NCBI GenBank assembly: GCA_012295275.1
Contig: CM022670.1
Coordinates: 24,552,001-24,616,000, forward strand
Direction of reading: 5' to 3'
Source of the DNA: Chrysomallon squamiferum
Lineage: Eukaryota; Animalia; Mollusca
DNA: 64,000 bases
The notes beneath the pieces were generated by a model. It was not told where the DNA came from. It was given only the letters and a program-made list of their open reading frames with translations, and did not search any database. A program made the position numbers and the translations under genes. Positions 42,438 through 58,047 of the stretch are shown in pieces (positions within the stretch are counted from its first letter, which is position 1; each line of letters begins with the position of its first letter).

Positions 42438-42480
<43 letters not shown>

Positions 42481-42817
42481 AATAAAATAAAAAGTTCACA
42501 GGTATATCTAGACTGAAAAGCACTGTCCTAGAAATGACTTACATTCTGAAATCTGAGCCTCGAGAACTACCTTGATGCAGACATTCCATTTAGTTACAGG
42601 AAATTCAATAAATATTTTACTGAACAGACCTTGTTATGTCAGTAAATGTATTCTTCAAGCTAAATAGTTAACCTTTTGAAGAGTTAATAGAATCTTTTTA
42701 AGCTTTTTAAAACATTTTTCTTTTTCTTTTTTTTATCTTATTAGTAATTTGCTTACAGGTGTATTTTAAAATGAATATATAAAGTGTAATGATGCACATG
42801 CACATATGTTGGAAACG

Positions 42818-42919
<102 letters not shown>

Positions 42920-45900
42920 GTAGTTTAATCTGACGAGGTCATATATATAAATTACCAAGCTGTATGTAATATAACATTTATTACATATAATCAGGAGTTT
43001 TTTAAATTTAAAAATAAAACACCATAAAAGAATCTTGAAACTGTATCATTTTAAATCATTTTGCAATAAAAAGAAATATATATATAGTAATAAAAAAAAC
43101 AAATCATAATCTACAAGAATTGACAGACCTTTATTACATAATTCCTAATATTTTAAAATGAAAAAATAAAACTAAAAAGATAGACAAACAGAGAGACAGA
43201 GAGAGAGATATATATATAGATAGAAAGACAGACAAACAGATGGGATAGGCAGATTGATAAACAGACAGACAGACAATTATATGCCTTTTTCCAAAAGCAA
43301 ATGTTATGATATTCATCATGTTAACGCACATTGGTATCATGAATGCTATTCTTCTTTTCGTCTGATTTGATGGTCGCTTTGACTTTTTGAAACAACTAAA
43401 CTTTTATAAGAGTTATTTACCCAGAATGTTGTTAAAGTAGGTATTTATCTCAAACACACAACTGAGAATATCCACTGCATGAACAGTCAGACAATAGAAC
43501 TCTTTTTCTCGTAGTTATACATCGCTTCGTTTTTAATGACTATATCATAAGGAAAAAAATGTAATAACTCAGATTAATTGGATATTTCAGTACCTGGCGG
43601 TCATGAAACGCGACTGTTTTCAAAGACTTCTTTGTTAGTATATTCTGCAGCACATAACAGTCTGTGACATCCAATGGAGTTGTCTATTTAATGACGAATA
43701 ATTTCAGAAAAAAATGTCCTTCAGCACAATGCGCCGCGGTAATCATGATCGGAAATACAAATCGTGGGTAAACACTAACGAATGAATATACATACATACA
43801 TGTATGTGTAAATATGAACGCAAAAAGGTAGGCTTAAAAACAGAATGACATAACTAATGAAAAACCTTTGATACATCAGTAGCATGACACAGAATCGTGA
43901 TCCATTTAGCCACGTCCAGTTTTTTCTTAACTGACTGACATATATGAAAAGTGTGAAAAAAAACAGACACAAAAATAAGCAGATATACATACGCTCACAC
44001 GCACACACTCACGCACGCACGCATGAACACAAATACTGACAGCCGTGCATATATAAATGTACTAGATTTTATAAATATGTTATAAGACTTCAAAATAAAA
44101 CTAACTAAATGATTTATATGAAATAAGAAACTGTCAGATGGACAAAAAGACGAAGAGAAAAATGTGTATGGATATTTGGTTAAATGGTAATCAGCGTAGT
44201 CTGTCATTTTAACGAGTTGCTGCAGAAGTCTTAACCTTGGTTTTGTAATCAATAACTTCAAAACTAAGAAGAAAAAAAAAATGATACAGAAAATGTCCGC
44301 GGGACAAATGAAATATCGTGAAAAATTTGCTCCGAGAATCGTTTCACAGTTTTACCGCTAACGTGTCTCAGTGGAAAACGACATTTTTACAATTTATTTG
44401 AACCCATGCACCTGGTATCCGATATTTGTGAACGTTAATCATAAGTTCACTAAAATGATGATGGATTTGTAATCCTGAATCATCCTCTAGATAAGATTTG
44501 AAAAAAGTTTTTAGATGAAGACAAAAAAAAAAAAAAAAAAAACATAAAAAAAAAAAGTCAAAAAGAAAGGACAGAAAACAGACATTTAGACAGATAGATA
44601 GAGAGATAGGTGGGGTAGATGGATAGATGGATAGATAGATAGATAGATAGATGGATGGATGGATAGATGGACAGATGGATAGGTAGATAGATAGGCAGAT
44701 AAAATAATGACCTAAGCTGCTGTAATTAAAAACCCTTGTTTATCAGTGAATATGAAAATGACAGAAACCCATCAGGTGTAGTAGCATCATAGTAGATCAT
44801 AACAGTGTCAGTTTTTATTGTCGTTCTATGTGTTCTGGTTTTGTGTTGCAAATGTTTTAATGCGCTCTTTATTGATTCTCATTGTGTACGAAACGTTCAA
44901 GGACGTGGAGAAACCATCGCTGAAATGTCAGTCATTCCTTTTTTTCTTTAGGTTTGAAATCACACGAATGAGACAAATACGCCACAGTTTAAAGCATTGG
45001 TAAATGAACAGTGAACGACTGAAAACACGTTTAACGGTTCGTCAACGTAATGACACTTTTACATTATCATTTACGTTAAAAGAGTTGAAGAATATAAAAA
45101 GGGGTGTTTATTTTTGGGAGGTTGATTGGTGATTCAAATTTTATAATTGTTGTTTGGAGCAGATGGTTTGCCTTATTCGTTTATTAAGTTTTTAATATTT
45201 TATTTTTATTTTCATTAAATTTTTATTTAATTTTAATTTTAGTTTTAATTTAATTTAATTTAATTTAATTTAATTTAATTTAATTTAATTTAATTTAATT
45301 TTAATTTTAATTTAATTTTAATTTAATTTAATTTAATTTAATTTTATTTTATTTTATTTTATTTTATTAATTTAATTTAATTTAATTAATTACTTAATTA
45401 ATTTAGTTATTAGGTTTAGTTATTGGTGTATTCATTGTTTATTCATTTCTGCCTCTCTCTATCTTCCTTTCTCTCTCCTATTCTTTCTTTCTCTTTCTCC
45501 ATATTTCTGTAACTATACACGAGTGTGTGTGCGCACGTGTATTATTACTTTATTTACCGAAGCTAAAGCTTTGTCCAAGAACTATAAAATCTAATCTAAA
45601 TGTTTTCCCGTTATGGCAATGTTAAGGTCATTGCAGAATCTGTCTTTAAACATGATGATATTTATTATAATTATCGTGATAATAAAGATGATGATGATCC
45701 TGTTAATGATAATATAGATGCTGATTATGATGTTGATTATTATGTTGATGACGATGACGATTATTCTGATGATGAAGATATTGATGATACTGTTGATGAC
45801 GATGATTACGTTGGTGATAGTGATTACGAATTTGAAGATGGTTATGTTGTTTATGAGAATGATGATAATGACGACTATTGTGAAAACGACGTCGATGATG

Positions 45901-46829
45901 ATGCCAATAACGTTTTAGGTTCTGATGGCAGACAAAAACTACATGCTTTAACTGTTCTTTCCACAACCATTGTTATTTGATGCAATGGCCTTTGTCACTG
46001 AATGAACTTTGATAACGCAGTTTCATATGACAATATTGATTTAATTACTGTAGACTTTTGGCCCGGAGACTGCACTAAAAATTAATATAGAGTCCCTAGC
46101 AAGACTTCATAGTTCTATTAAAACGCAGTGGGGCCTTTGCATCAAAGATGACCAAGAAAATTTCAACTATGCAGTAAATTAATCGAGATGACGATAGTTA
46201 ATTTCAACAGAGCCGTAACGCTAATACATGTTATAAAACCCTTGTCGTGAAAGGTGAGATTTGATCCAGACAACCTCTTCACCGAAACTGTCAGTCGAAA
46301 TCTTTGAGATGATCGAACTAAAGGTTATTGTCAATTCTAAATTCATACATACATACATACATACATACATACATACATACATACATACATACATACATAC
46401 ATACCATAAATACCATACCATACCATACATACAGCATATAAGAGAATAATACATTTCGTTTAATTTATATATAGTGAATATTTAAAACAAGAAATGTAAC
46501 ATTACTTCCTTTAAAACTTGTCAGTTCTGCTGTTAAGAACAGATATAAATATCTACAAAGAACTGTAGCATTATGTTCTTTGTTCACTACCTGAAGATGC
46601 AAAATGAAATGTGATACCTATTCAGTTTGCCTTAAAATAATAATTTTACAAAGGAAAATAAAAATACATATATTAATAGAAATCCACTGACAAACTCCCA
46701 CGTGCTATATATTTAAATTAATTACTTAACTCTCACTAGAGAATCAGAATTACGAATCAAATAGTACGGATCAATGTTGCGTCTTGGGATCCATACATTT
46801 ACGTCACTCTTAATCTTTTTAAATTCGTA

Positions 46830-46880
<51 letters not shown>

Positions 46881-47209
46881 CGTCAGCAAGGTGTGGTAGA
46901 TTACACTGCTAAGTAATACACTTTTGATGTCGATGATACTAAAAACAACTAGAAATAAAAGAATTATACACTGACTGTATAAATAAACCGTCTAAACCGA
47001 CCTAAGAATGACAGTGAGAATGGTCCAGATTTGAAATCTGCAATTAGAAGCAGTCCGTAATAAATTACGATTGGTCTTATGAAAAGAGACAGAGAGTGAG
47101 ATTAAAAAAAAAATGTTTTTAATTACTCCATCTAGACAGAATATATAGAGAATAAGAGAGACACTATGAATATGATTCGCAGCAAGAGTTCCTTTATATG
47201 CAATATAAC

Positions 47210-47279
<70 letters not shown>

Positions 47280-47789
47280 TATGTATACGTTTTTGTTTAT
47301 GCATATCTATGTCTGTATCTATCTATCTATCTATCTTTCTATCTATCTCTGTCTGTCTATCTATATATCCATCCATCCATCCATCCATCCATCTACTATT
47401 TCTGCAGCCAAACAGGCCTGTCGTCAACACAGTAAAGTTACATGTCAGCGTATTTTCCCCTGCATCATTAGGCCGGCAGACAGCCACCGATTTATTGACT
47501 GAGATGAACAATAACGAGGAGAAACTGTCTCATATCAGTGTACGTTCACCAGCTTGTTTTCCTTGTCATCACTTCATCACTTCCACGCGACTGCTTTGAA
47601 AAACTTCCACTCCAGATACTGGTCTGTAACAGATGTAGGAAAGTGATGTTACAAAATGAAATTTCTCTTGACGGTTCACTGATTCACCTACCTGACTTTA
47701 GGCTGGTACAGGCGTCTACAAAGACTTTTCTGTCTCCAGTATGTTATAAACTAAAATAATATATTTAGATAATACATTTTTTATATATA

Positions 47790-47977
47790 AATATACATAC
47801 ATACATAGATAGATACATACATACATACATGCATATATACATATATACATACATACATACATACATACGTAGGTACGTACGTACATATACATATACATAT
47901 ACATATACATACATATATACATACATACATACATACATACATACATACATACATACATACATACATACATACATACA

Positions 47978-48011
<34 letters not shown>

Positions 48012-48035
48012 CATACATATATATACATACATACA
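47790..48035. repeat. (CATA)n microsatellite. Similar tracts at 3400-3545, 15860-16110, 31320-31420, 32255-32420 and 46343-46402
   Basis: Direct inspection. Confidence 0.95.
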
Positions 48036-49206
48036 TTCGGATAAATGGATAGGTATATGTATAAATATTCCTAATGAAAGAATACAAAAAATATATATAT
48101 TACACCTTTACCTACTTAAAATGAACTAATATCTCACACGGTTGTCCCAACTGCGGATATTGTAATGTTCATTATTCCAGTGTCTTTGATCACCTGATTA
48201 TCTCAAAGAACAGAATAATTTAGAAAACTGATGAACAAATAAAACTATTAAAAGACTGAGTTATCTGCAATATCTTTTCAAATCATTCTACTGGTGGTGG
48301 TGAACCAGTGTTTTATACTATATATATTTTGAAGTTGATTGTGGGAGGTGGATTGAACGTTCAAACTGTCACAGCGTTGTAGTTACTCCAGCATGCAAAT
48401 AAAATCATCACATTAAGACTGAGTACATTTGAAGTCAGTATTTAAGCTGTTTTCAATGCTTTTTTCTTCTTCTTTTTTTTTTTTTTTTGGAAACAATTAA
48501 AAATATTTTCTTTTATTATACATTGGTTATACCATTTTTTATTTTGTATCGTTTTGTTTTTTGTTCTTTTTTTGTTGTTTTTGTTGTATTTTGTTAGTTC
48601 GTTTGTTTTCTTTCTTTCTGTCTTTTTTCCCGTAATTTTTTTATTTTTTTTATTTATTTATTTTATGTATATTTGGTTTTGTTTGGTTTTAGTTTTCATA
48701 ATCTTTTTTCTTTTGGGAGGTTGGGGGTGGGAGTTTGTTGTTGTTGTTGTTATTGCTTTCACAGTTCTGAAGAGAAACCCACGGTGACTCACAGAACACA
48801 TTATATCATGATGGAACAATTGTCAAACTTCTGGAAAAAAAAACAACGAACAGCATCTTGATTTAATCACTGTGAGACTGAAAAATTATGCAAATGCATT
48901 TAGCTACTTTTTATTTCTCCGTGCGGTTTGCAGTAGCAACAAAAATAACTGTTTCAAAACGACCTCTGAACAGCACTAATTTGAGTTAATATCTTTACCA
49001 AACAACTCGAAGACGCTCAAAACGACTTCAAGGACACCGGTAAACTTAACGCTAAGTATTCAAGATTATTTAACGAAAATTTTTCAGTACGAAATTCCCT
49101 TGAAACGACCATTACAAACAGACAAAAGGAGTCAGACAGGAGCATATTCTGTAGAACTATGTCCCCTAAGGACTCCGTTATTCGCGTGACGACGCAAGGA
49201 ACTCAC

Positions 49207-49332
49207 TTTGAATTAAGAAAGAAGACAGAAACAAAATCTATAGCCGTGCTTTCGTAATGGCCGTTAATGACAGTCAAGTCAAATAAAAAGAACAAGCCAT
49301 GAAAGCTGTCCAAATATCGCCAAGGGGAAATC
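49207..49332 (-). other. Candidate 126-nt internal exon (UTR or coding) upstream of the exon array
   Basis: Minus-strand long T-tract...TTTCTCAACAG|G acceptor and AAA|GTGAGT donor. No homology recognised. Confidence 0.3.
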
Positions 49333-49855
49333 CTGTTGAGAAAAAAAAATGAATCAGAAAAAAAAAAAAAAAAATGAAATGATGGAGAGAGAAAAAGAAG
49401 AATGAACGACAATTACCTTTATGAGTTGTCTTATACATAGTTCTGTGTGAGGCTGGAACCGTCTAACAAAAACATAATAAAAAAAAAAAATAATAAAAGA
49501 TTTGGAAAACTTCTTTTCTTTTCTTTTTTTTTTCATACGGTTTTTTCTTCTTCCTCTTCGATTTTAATTTTTAATTTTAATTTTCAGAAATTTATTTTTT
49601 ATCTTTTGTTCTTGCGCATCTATAAGCATTGTTTTATAATCGAATCATTTTCTTCCTTTGCGCAGATCGCTGCTAATTTGTCAAAGAATACAGTGAATTG
49701 TGAAATAATACATTTAATTTTTGTTTTGTTTTTTGTTTCTATTTATTTTTGAGTGAATTTATTTTATTGTTATTATTTGTGTTTTAATCTGCGTGTATGT
49801 GGGCGTTTGAATAATAACACGTATTCCATATTTATCTTCCTAATGAAATTATTTA

Positions 49856-49915
<60 letters not shown>

Positions 49916-51619
49916 TTATTTTTATTATTATTTGTAATGCTTGTTTATTTATTTTATTTTATTTATTTTATTTTATTTTATTTTTATTTTTGCTAAATAA
50001 TGTATTTCGCATCAAAACGCGCTATTTTATGACGTATTATATTTCGTCATAGTTCGAGTTACAGAGGCAAGGTTGTAGTTTATATAATTTGTCATTGTCG
50101 TAGAAATGGCAGAAGTGTCGTAGAACATTATTAAATGTCTTTATGATTTAATCAAGAGAATATTATTAGTGCCTTACGGAAACCCAGTGACCCAGTATCG
50201 AATTTCTTTCTCTCATTTATTTCAGGTTTTTTAATTTTATTTTTGTTTAACCTTTATTAAAAAATGCGCTGTATTTTGATCGTTACAATCATAATCAGTA
50301 GTATGAACTAATTATAACAGATGTAAAAATTTCTTTTTAATTACTGATCCAGTAGAACAGTGCTTTCCAGCCTTTTTGGGCGTCATATCCTCACCTCAAC
50401 CCTTCAAACTATTTTAATGCCTCTTTGGCACGAATTCCTTAGATTATAAGACGATAACAATATGTACAAGACAAGCATTGTCGTGTTCAGTAACATAATT
50501 ATTTCATAAAATTAATTTATACTTATTTTGCATGGTAAGATTGCTTGGCATCTGACACTAATTGGTTCAGAAAGAATCGTTTTTAAAATATTTTTTAGTT
50601 CATTTAATGATTTAACAATAGTGTTTATCTTGAAACGAAATAGTCCAACATCTCGGAAGATATGAGACTGCGATCACACCACAACATCACATTTCATCAT
50701 CATAGATGTCGTCACCTCCTCTTTAATAAATAGTAAATAAATAAAGTATTCATCTATGGAATAGTTAACATCATCATCATCATTTTATAAACTGTATTAA
50801 TATGAATATCACATTGAAATCCTTATGTATGTCTGCATTAGTCTTTAATTTATTTATTTTATTAATTTAGTTATATATTATTTTATGGGGGCTTTTTTGG
50901 TTTGTTGTTTTTATATAATCTATTACCATAGCAAATTTTGAATAAAAAAAAAAAAAAAATTCACATCAGCGAAATGAAATATTTCTAAATATGTAAAGTC
51001 AGGTGAATTTCCATTTTGTTTTCTTTAACGACTGCAACCAACAACATTCACTTCCATGTTCTTAACTATGTAGTATGCTGATTCAACAAACACACTGCAA
51101 TAAATGTAGCAAAAGTCAACCAAAATATCTATCAAAAGTAATTTAATGCTTTTTGTTTCATTGGTTACTGCGAACTCACATTCTCGCACACACACACGCG
51201 CGCTACAAACTGACAGCATGTACACACACACACACACACACACATTATCATCTTAACCATCACTAGTAGCAGGAAACTCTTAAACAGTAAAGCATCAGCA
51301 ACGTGCTTTGTCCACACTGCTGGAACGCTGACCTTTAATTACAGGACCTGCACGAGAGACTAAATTAATTTGTCGCTTGTCAGTTCTGATCTTTATTGGC
51401 CTAATGGGTCAAAAGAGAAGTTGACATCATTTGTTTCATACAACATATTCTCTAGAAAATGTCCGGCATATTTGTACGATTTCGGATGCTATACATCAAA
51501 CTGCAGTGAAACGAAGGATAAAAAAACAAAACAGTGTCTGACATTACGAGAAGATCTGATTGATATGTGTTTAAAGGTGATTTAGTGTGTGTATGTGTGT
51601 ATGTATGTATGCGTGAGTG

Positions 51620-51701
<82 letters not shown>

Positions 51702-52423
51702 AGAGAGAGAGAGAGAGAGATAGAGAGATGATATGTATTTATATCAATTATCAAAATATGGCTGCAAAGACTTTAAGAATTATTTCATTTCGCTGACGTA
51801 AAACTTTTCGTGTTTCCAAAAAAACGTCATTGTTGAAAAAGAAAGAATTTTTGTGTATGATCATTTAAAAAAAACAGTACATTTCTTTTATACTCACAAT
51901 AACCAGTTTATTAAATAATCCTTATTTTAACCAACTGGTCAAAAAAAAAAAAAAAAAAAAATAAAAAAAAAAAAAAAAAAAAACCACTACAAAGCATTGA
52001 TTATATTAACTACGCACTTAAAATGCAGAAGTATAATAACAACAATATTCCACAGTAACATTAGTGATTAATGGCAAGCTTATGATATTCTAACAATTAA
52101 CATATCCTGTAGTGGTTTTAGGAAAGGTGATACGTAAGTAATCACTGCTTGATCCCTTCTAAGTCACAGTATTTCAAAAAAGAAGTCACTGCACAAAAAG
52201 CCTTAATACCAAGCCACTGAACGCTACCAAAAACCCGTCATGACGCAAAGCCTAAAAACACGTGTGTCGACCACAGATCCAGTAAAGCCATTTACTGAGA
52301 CTTTTAATCTGAGTTCTTTTTGTATTCAGACAGCGATATCAAAGGATTATCCATCAGACTATTTGCCGTTTCCCTGCTCTTCTCAACTGTACATGTACAC
52401 ACATATCAATATTCCCATTAGGT

Positions 52424-52462
<39 letters not shown>

Positions 52463-53920
52463 CCTAATATTCCTACTTAAGTAAATAGTGACAGTATAAT
52501 CAACCTTGACATCCCTTCATGACCGCTTAGTCGGGGACCAATTTGTTATCGCCAGCATTAAATGCGATAGGCCGGACACAGGCAGGCTGCATTCAGTAAG
52601 ACGGCATTAATCTCTTGCCGACACGAGTATCAGTAATTTAGTTAATTTTCTAAATCATTGTCAGCTATGCCCCTGTGACTTGATTAGCTTTGATGTACTT
52701 CTGCAGACACTGGTTTCACTTGCCGTCTGCAGTCAGAGATGATTGGAATTTAGTGTTTCTTCAGCTGATACAAACACCACGTCGAAAACAAGCGACGACA
52801 CTAGCATCGTAAATGAAACTGAAAGTTGAAAAAAATAAAATAAAATAAACAAATAAAGAAAAGAAAAGAAGAAGAAGAAAATACAGTAACACGTATTAAA
52901 GACGAATGGAGATGTGCCGTTTTTTTTCAAAAGATATCTAATACTACGTAATGTGAAAATAATCACGATATACCGAGTGCATCATTGACGAGCTTTGTCG
53001 TAACCTCAGTCTTTCAGGATTTTGTGGACCCAACATATATTTGTTATTTTATTTATATTTTTATTCTTATATACTGAATTGATAATTTTGTTGTTGTTGT
53101 TGTTTTTAATGAACGGGTGTTTTCTATATTCGTAATAAAATTATATTCACTGTAAAACTAGAATACATTACATAAGTATTTATATCAAAGTTAAAATAAC
53201 CTTACTTTAAAAAACTAACTGGATGTCCACCTGACAATGCAATTTCGATCTTAACTAGTGATAAAACGTAATATTTGGCATGTCCATTAATGACGTCATA
53301 ATGGCGTGACCTTTAATCTTTTTAATTTTAATAATAATAATAATAGATAACTAAATAAACAAAAAAGGTTTTGCTATAATCTGCTGTATATTTGCATATT
53401 TAGATTCAATTTTTAAGACACGGGCTACTTTATCAACAGACAAACTATTTACTCCTATAAGTTAAATTTGAAATATTTACATAATCTATTTTTAACTACT
53501 GTTGTAAGTTTCAATATTATGTAACCCAATTGCGGACATTTAAACTTTAAAAACAAAACAAAAAAAATTATTTTATTAATTTGGGTTTCCTGCATCCGGG
53601 ACGAATATAAATTTGGTGGCCCTACTTGAGTTAAACCTGAAATGTTTTACTATAATATTTTTATGTTTTGTAACTAATCCTCTGATATATATATCAGTTA
53701 ACATTTTTCCCCGGTCTTAAATGTCATAGCGCCACAACGAATGTTTTACTTAAGAAAAACAAGGCGAACATAATAATAATAATAATAATAATAACAACAA
53801 CAACAACAACAAAAAAAAAACAGGCAGTACGAAAATGTATCCCCCCTTGCACCTGCGACTCTTCCAAGTGTGTTATTTCGTGAAAGATCTCATTTTATTG
53901 GGGTGGAATTTAAAAGAACG

Positions 53921-53959
<39 letters not shown>

Positions 53960-54102
53960 CAGAGTAAGTGTTAAGAACGATAACTCTTTGGTTTCGATAA
54001 CAAAAAAGGGAAAAACAAACAGCACAACAATATTCTGTCATTTCGATATTTTAGACCAGTTTCACAACATCTTAAAAGAGGAAGATATTAAATTGCGTAA
54101 CA

Positions 54103-54135
54103 ATGGCGGATAATGTTGAGAAAGGTTATCAGCAG
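54103..54135 (+). CDS. TMEM272: TMEM272-like membrane protein, coding exon 1 (MADNVEKGYQQ)
   Basis: acaATGG Kozak context and CAG|GTAAAA phase-0 donor compatible with the next exon. Confidence 0.65.
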
Positions 54136-55209
54136 GTAAAACATGATGTTTGTCACATTGTCAGTAAACTATTTAGTACTTTTTATATGTTTTCAGTTTT
54201 GTCGTTAGTGGCCTTCATTTACGGGTTTACACTTAAAGATATTGAAAATGTTCACGTGATTTGTTTCTGTGTTAGAGAATATTGCGACACCAGTGGGCTA
54301 CAGTAGCCTTGATAACACGAACAAATGAATTTCGAACTTGATGTCTTTAGTGAAAAAAAACAACAAAAAAAAAAACCAAAAACAGTTCTGTAAATCTTTA
54401 ATTATTAAAGAAATCCATTACGAACAATTAAACAATTAATGCAAGATGTTTTCTAGGTTGACGTTTTTTTTTTTTTTTTTTTTTTTAAATAAGTACGATT
54501 TTGCATTCAGAGGATAATATAAAAAATATTAAATATTATATCTTGGAATAAATGAAAGATGTTACACTGGCAGTTTTTAAGTTTTTATAAATTACACAAC
54601 AATGGTGCTTGCAGGATGTTTCATTTAAGTCTGGAGGTACTTTATTGTAATCATTTAAAATATTATTTGAACATGGTATTTTCACAGATTTCTCTTTCTT
54701 TTTCTTCTTTTTCTTTTTATTGTTATTATTATTATTATTTACAGATTATTGTTAGGTCAGTGTAAATTATCACATGTCAAAAATAATATAAATTATCACT
54801 AAAAGCAAAACTGAATATAAGTGGACCTACATACTAAATATCCCAAATTACATTATTATACAATAATTAACTGAATTTAAAGCTTGAAAATGTAAATATT
54901 AGCCATTTAATAATTATTACTAAAAGAATGAGAAATGTTTATAGATCAGTCCACATTGCTGTTATTAACTGATCCAACCAAAATGCTGCGTTAAATTGTG
55001 TTAAAGTGTTAATCAAATGCAGTAATACATGTAAAAATAATGTAATTCATACACAGATTTTTTTCAAAGTCCTTGTTATTTTTATTAATAAAGTCAAAAT
55101 ATCAACCTCACTTTGAGACATATTCATGTCTATGCATATATAACATAGTAACTTTCAAACTGAATGAATATCATCTTGAGATTTATTTTTTATTATTTTT
55201 TCTTTCCAG

Positions 55210-55279
55210 GATGACATTCCACCTCCATATAACTATTCTGAAAATCCACAGTTGCCTTCTTACACCCAAGCAAATCCAG
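55210..55279 (+). CDS. TMEM272: TMEM272-like, exon 2 (DDIPPPYNYSENPQLPSYTQANP)
   Basis: T-tract TTTCCAG| acceptor, G|GTATTT donor, phase 0 to 1, PPPY and LPSY motifs. Confidence 0.75.
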
Positions 55280-56284
55280 GTATTTCTTTAACTTTTAACC
55301 TAAAATAAAACTAAACATGTAAAATATGTCAGTATTTAGTATGATACTCATGACAGTATCAGAATTAAAGCCAAACATGAGACATATATTTGAATACTGT
55401 TAATTCCATTATTTATAATTAAACTTTGCATTCAGCCAAAACAAACAACAAAAAAAGAGATATATCAATTTTTTATACTTGATGCTGAGTAATAAAAGCA
55501 GTTTTAAAATATCTGGTTATTTTTGTTATTTTGTAGTCATAATCTACTACCAAGGTGAACTGATTCTACCATTACAAACAAAATAATGACAATACACTGG
55601 CTGATTGATGTTGTACCCAATGAGATCAATATTCCTCTTATATAAAATATCCATGTTCATTATATATTTTGGATAAAAACAGGTCACATTTAAATTTTTT
55701 ATATTTTGTTTTATATTCACATCAAATTTTAATTATTTTGTTTATTGTACTTGGATGATACAGTCATGTTATTTTCAGTTAAATTTGTAAACCTAAGTTT
55801 ATTTGTGTTATTAATCCATGCTTTACAACAAGTAGGTATATCCACATCATCATTATATATTTTCAGATATTTAATTTTCTATATTTTGTTTTATACTAAG
55901 TACATTTTACATTTTATTTATTGTAATGGATGATATTATTATTCAGTATCTGAAGAATGTAATTAATTATTTATATGTGTCTGTTTTATTTGTATCTGTT
56001 TAATTTTGTAAAGTAGTAGCAGGAAAAAAAAAATATTGATATATTATTTAATTTAAATTAAATTATTAATTTATTAATATTTTAAAAAATTCATTAAATA
56101 TTAATTAGTATATTTTTATTTATTTAATATATATATATATATAAATATTTTATAGTATCTGTCATCATAAAATGTGAAAGAAAAATATTTTGATGTTGTT
56201 TTCAGTTCAAATAAGAACTATATGATTTTTAATTTTTAATTTTTTTCTACACTATATTTGGATAAAATAAAAATTTAATTTCAG

Positions 56285-56398
56285 CTGAGCCTCCTCCCTC
56301 CTATGAGTCTCTGTTTGGCCAGATCAAAAATGCACGAGGCCAGTCCAGTGGAAATGTTGACTTTTTTAAGAGGTTTATTTTTCTTATTCTTGGAACTG
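56285..56398 (+). CDS. TMEM272: TMEM272-like, exon 3 (AEPPPSYESLFGQIKNARGQSSGNVDFFKRFIFLILGT)
   Basis: TTTCAG| acceptor, G|GTAAGT donor, 114 nt, phase 1-1. Confidence 0.88.
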
Positions 56399-56772
56399 GT
56401 AAGTAAACCTTTCCCCCCCAAAAAAATTCACCTTCATACAAATAATAATTATTTATTTCCTTATTCATTGCATAATTAAAGAAAATGTAGCTGTTTAGAG
56501 TGATAAATGCATGTGTGCATGCATGTGTGTGTGTATGCATATGTGTGTATGTGTGTGTGTGTGTAGAAATATGTATATCTCTTTATATATACACAGAGTG
56601 AAACCATGCAATTAATATGATCATAATATTATTATAGCAGTACATATGCCTGGCTACACACTACCTAGATACACGTGTCTGTCTGTTTCTGTAACTGTCT
56701 GTTTAGATATATATGCTTTGTCATTTTATTTTGTTCTGTTTTATACTATTTTAAAATAAATATTTACTTCAG

Positions 56773-56832
56773 TTGGTTGCACAATCTGTCTGGGACTGAT
56801 CATGGCTATTCCTGTTTCAATGATTGTCATTG
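56773..56832 (+). CDS. TMEM272: TMEM272-like, exon 4 (TM helix VGCTICLGLIMAIPVSMIVIG)
   Basis: CTTCAG| acceptor, G|GTGAGT donor, 60 nt, phase 1-1. Confidence 0.9.
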
Positions 56833-56953
56833 GTGAGTATAAGTAATGTATTCATGTCCAGCATTTGTCACATTGAAAAACTAAAGAATTTTTGGTTCTT
56901 TTATTTTCAGTTTTATAAGTGTGTGTTTATCACCACTGATGACTACAACAATC

Positions 56954-56998
<45 letters not shown>

Positions 56999-57512
56999 GA
57001 AAATGAAATTAATTTGAATTGTACGACAGTATGTCTGGAAAGAAAAAGGTAAAACAAAAACAGATACGTGTTTCGAATTTAAAGTTATTTTTTTTAAGGA
57101 TTGTTTTTATGTTTGTTTTAAAATAATATCTGTGTAATATAGTACAGTATGAGTAAATGCATATGTTTGTGTGTATGTAGTTGTGTTTATATGCATGATT
57201 CCACATGCAGAAATGACATAACTATAAAAAGATAATAGTTCAAGTTCAATCCTATTTCTTATAAACCAGCCAGTTTTAGCTAATTTATCAACAGCTGTCA
57301 TAGCTACATCCCATCTAATCACAGCTACAGCAGCAGTGGGTTTCCTCTATCTTTATCTGCATACTCCTTAAGCATAATTATGTGTGATGTCACATCATGT
57401 TAGGTTAAAAATGTGTCCATGTCTTTCACAAAATGAAATATTTCTTCTTCTTCTTCACGATTTCAGAGTTTTTAAATCAAACTTGTTTAAAATTACTATT
57501 ATTTGTTTAAAG

Positions 57513-57719
57513 GTTCAATGTACCTGCATGATTGCCCAGCAGAGCGTTACATACCTATCTACTTGGTTGTGATGGGATGTTTTGGTGTTCTGCAGAACTT
57601 GACAAATCTTTTCCGACGAATCAAAAATCGTGACGAGCAAGAAAATGAAGATGAAAAGAAGAAATGCCATCCATTTGGGACTCTTCTGAGTACCTTCATG
57701 TTTGTTTGGTTCATTGCAG
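57513..57719 (+). CDS. TMEM272: TMEM272-like, exon 5 (GSMYLHDCPAERYIPIYLVVMGCFG...FMFVWFIAG)
   Basis: Family signatures CP.E..IPIYL.V.G and F.F.WFIAG. AAG| acceptor, G|GTAATT donor, 207 nt. Confidence 0.92.
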
Positions 57720-57904
57720 GTAATTACTAGATATTAACATATATATATATACTTAGTGCAGCCTTCCATGCATGTTTATCAAAGACTGCTGCATGTGCTT
57801 TTCTAATGGATGATGTTTGTAAAAGATTGTTTTTAAAACCAGTAATAATTGCCTGTATAATAAGTATATCCACCACAGAAATAAATAAATAAATAAATAA
57901 ATAA

Positions 57905-58016
<112 letters not shown>

Positions 58017-58047
58017 CAGAGGTAATGTTGATTAATATTTCTTTCAG

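Noticed and set aside
45600-45980. Asp-rich 126-aa ORF resembling an acidic shell-matrix protein
   Set aside because: Degenerate (GAT)n tract open in several frames, with no signal peptide or splice support.
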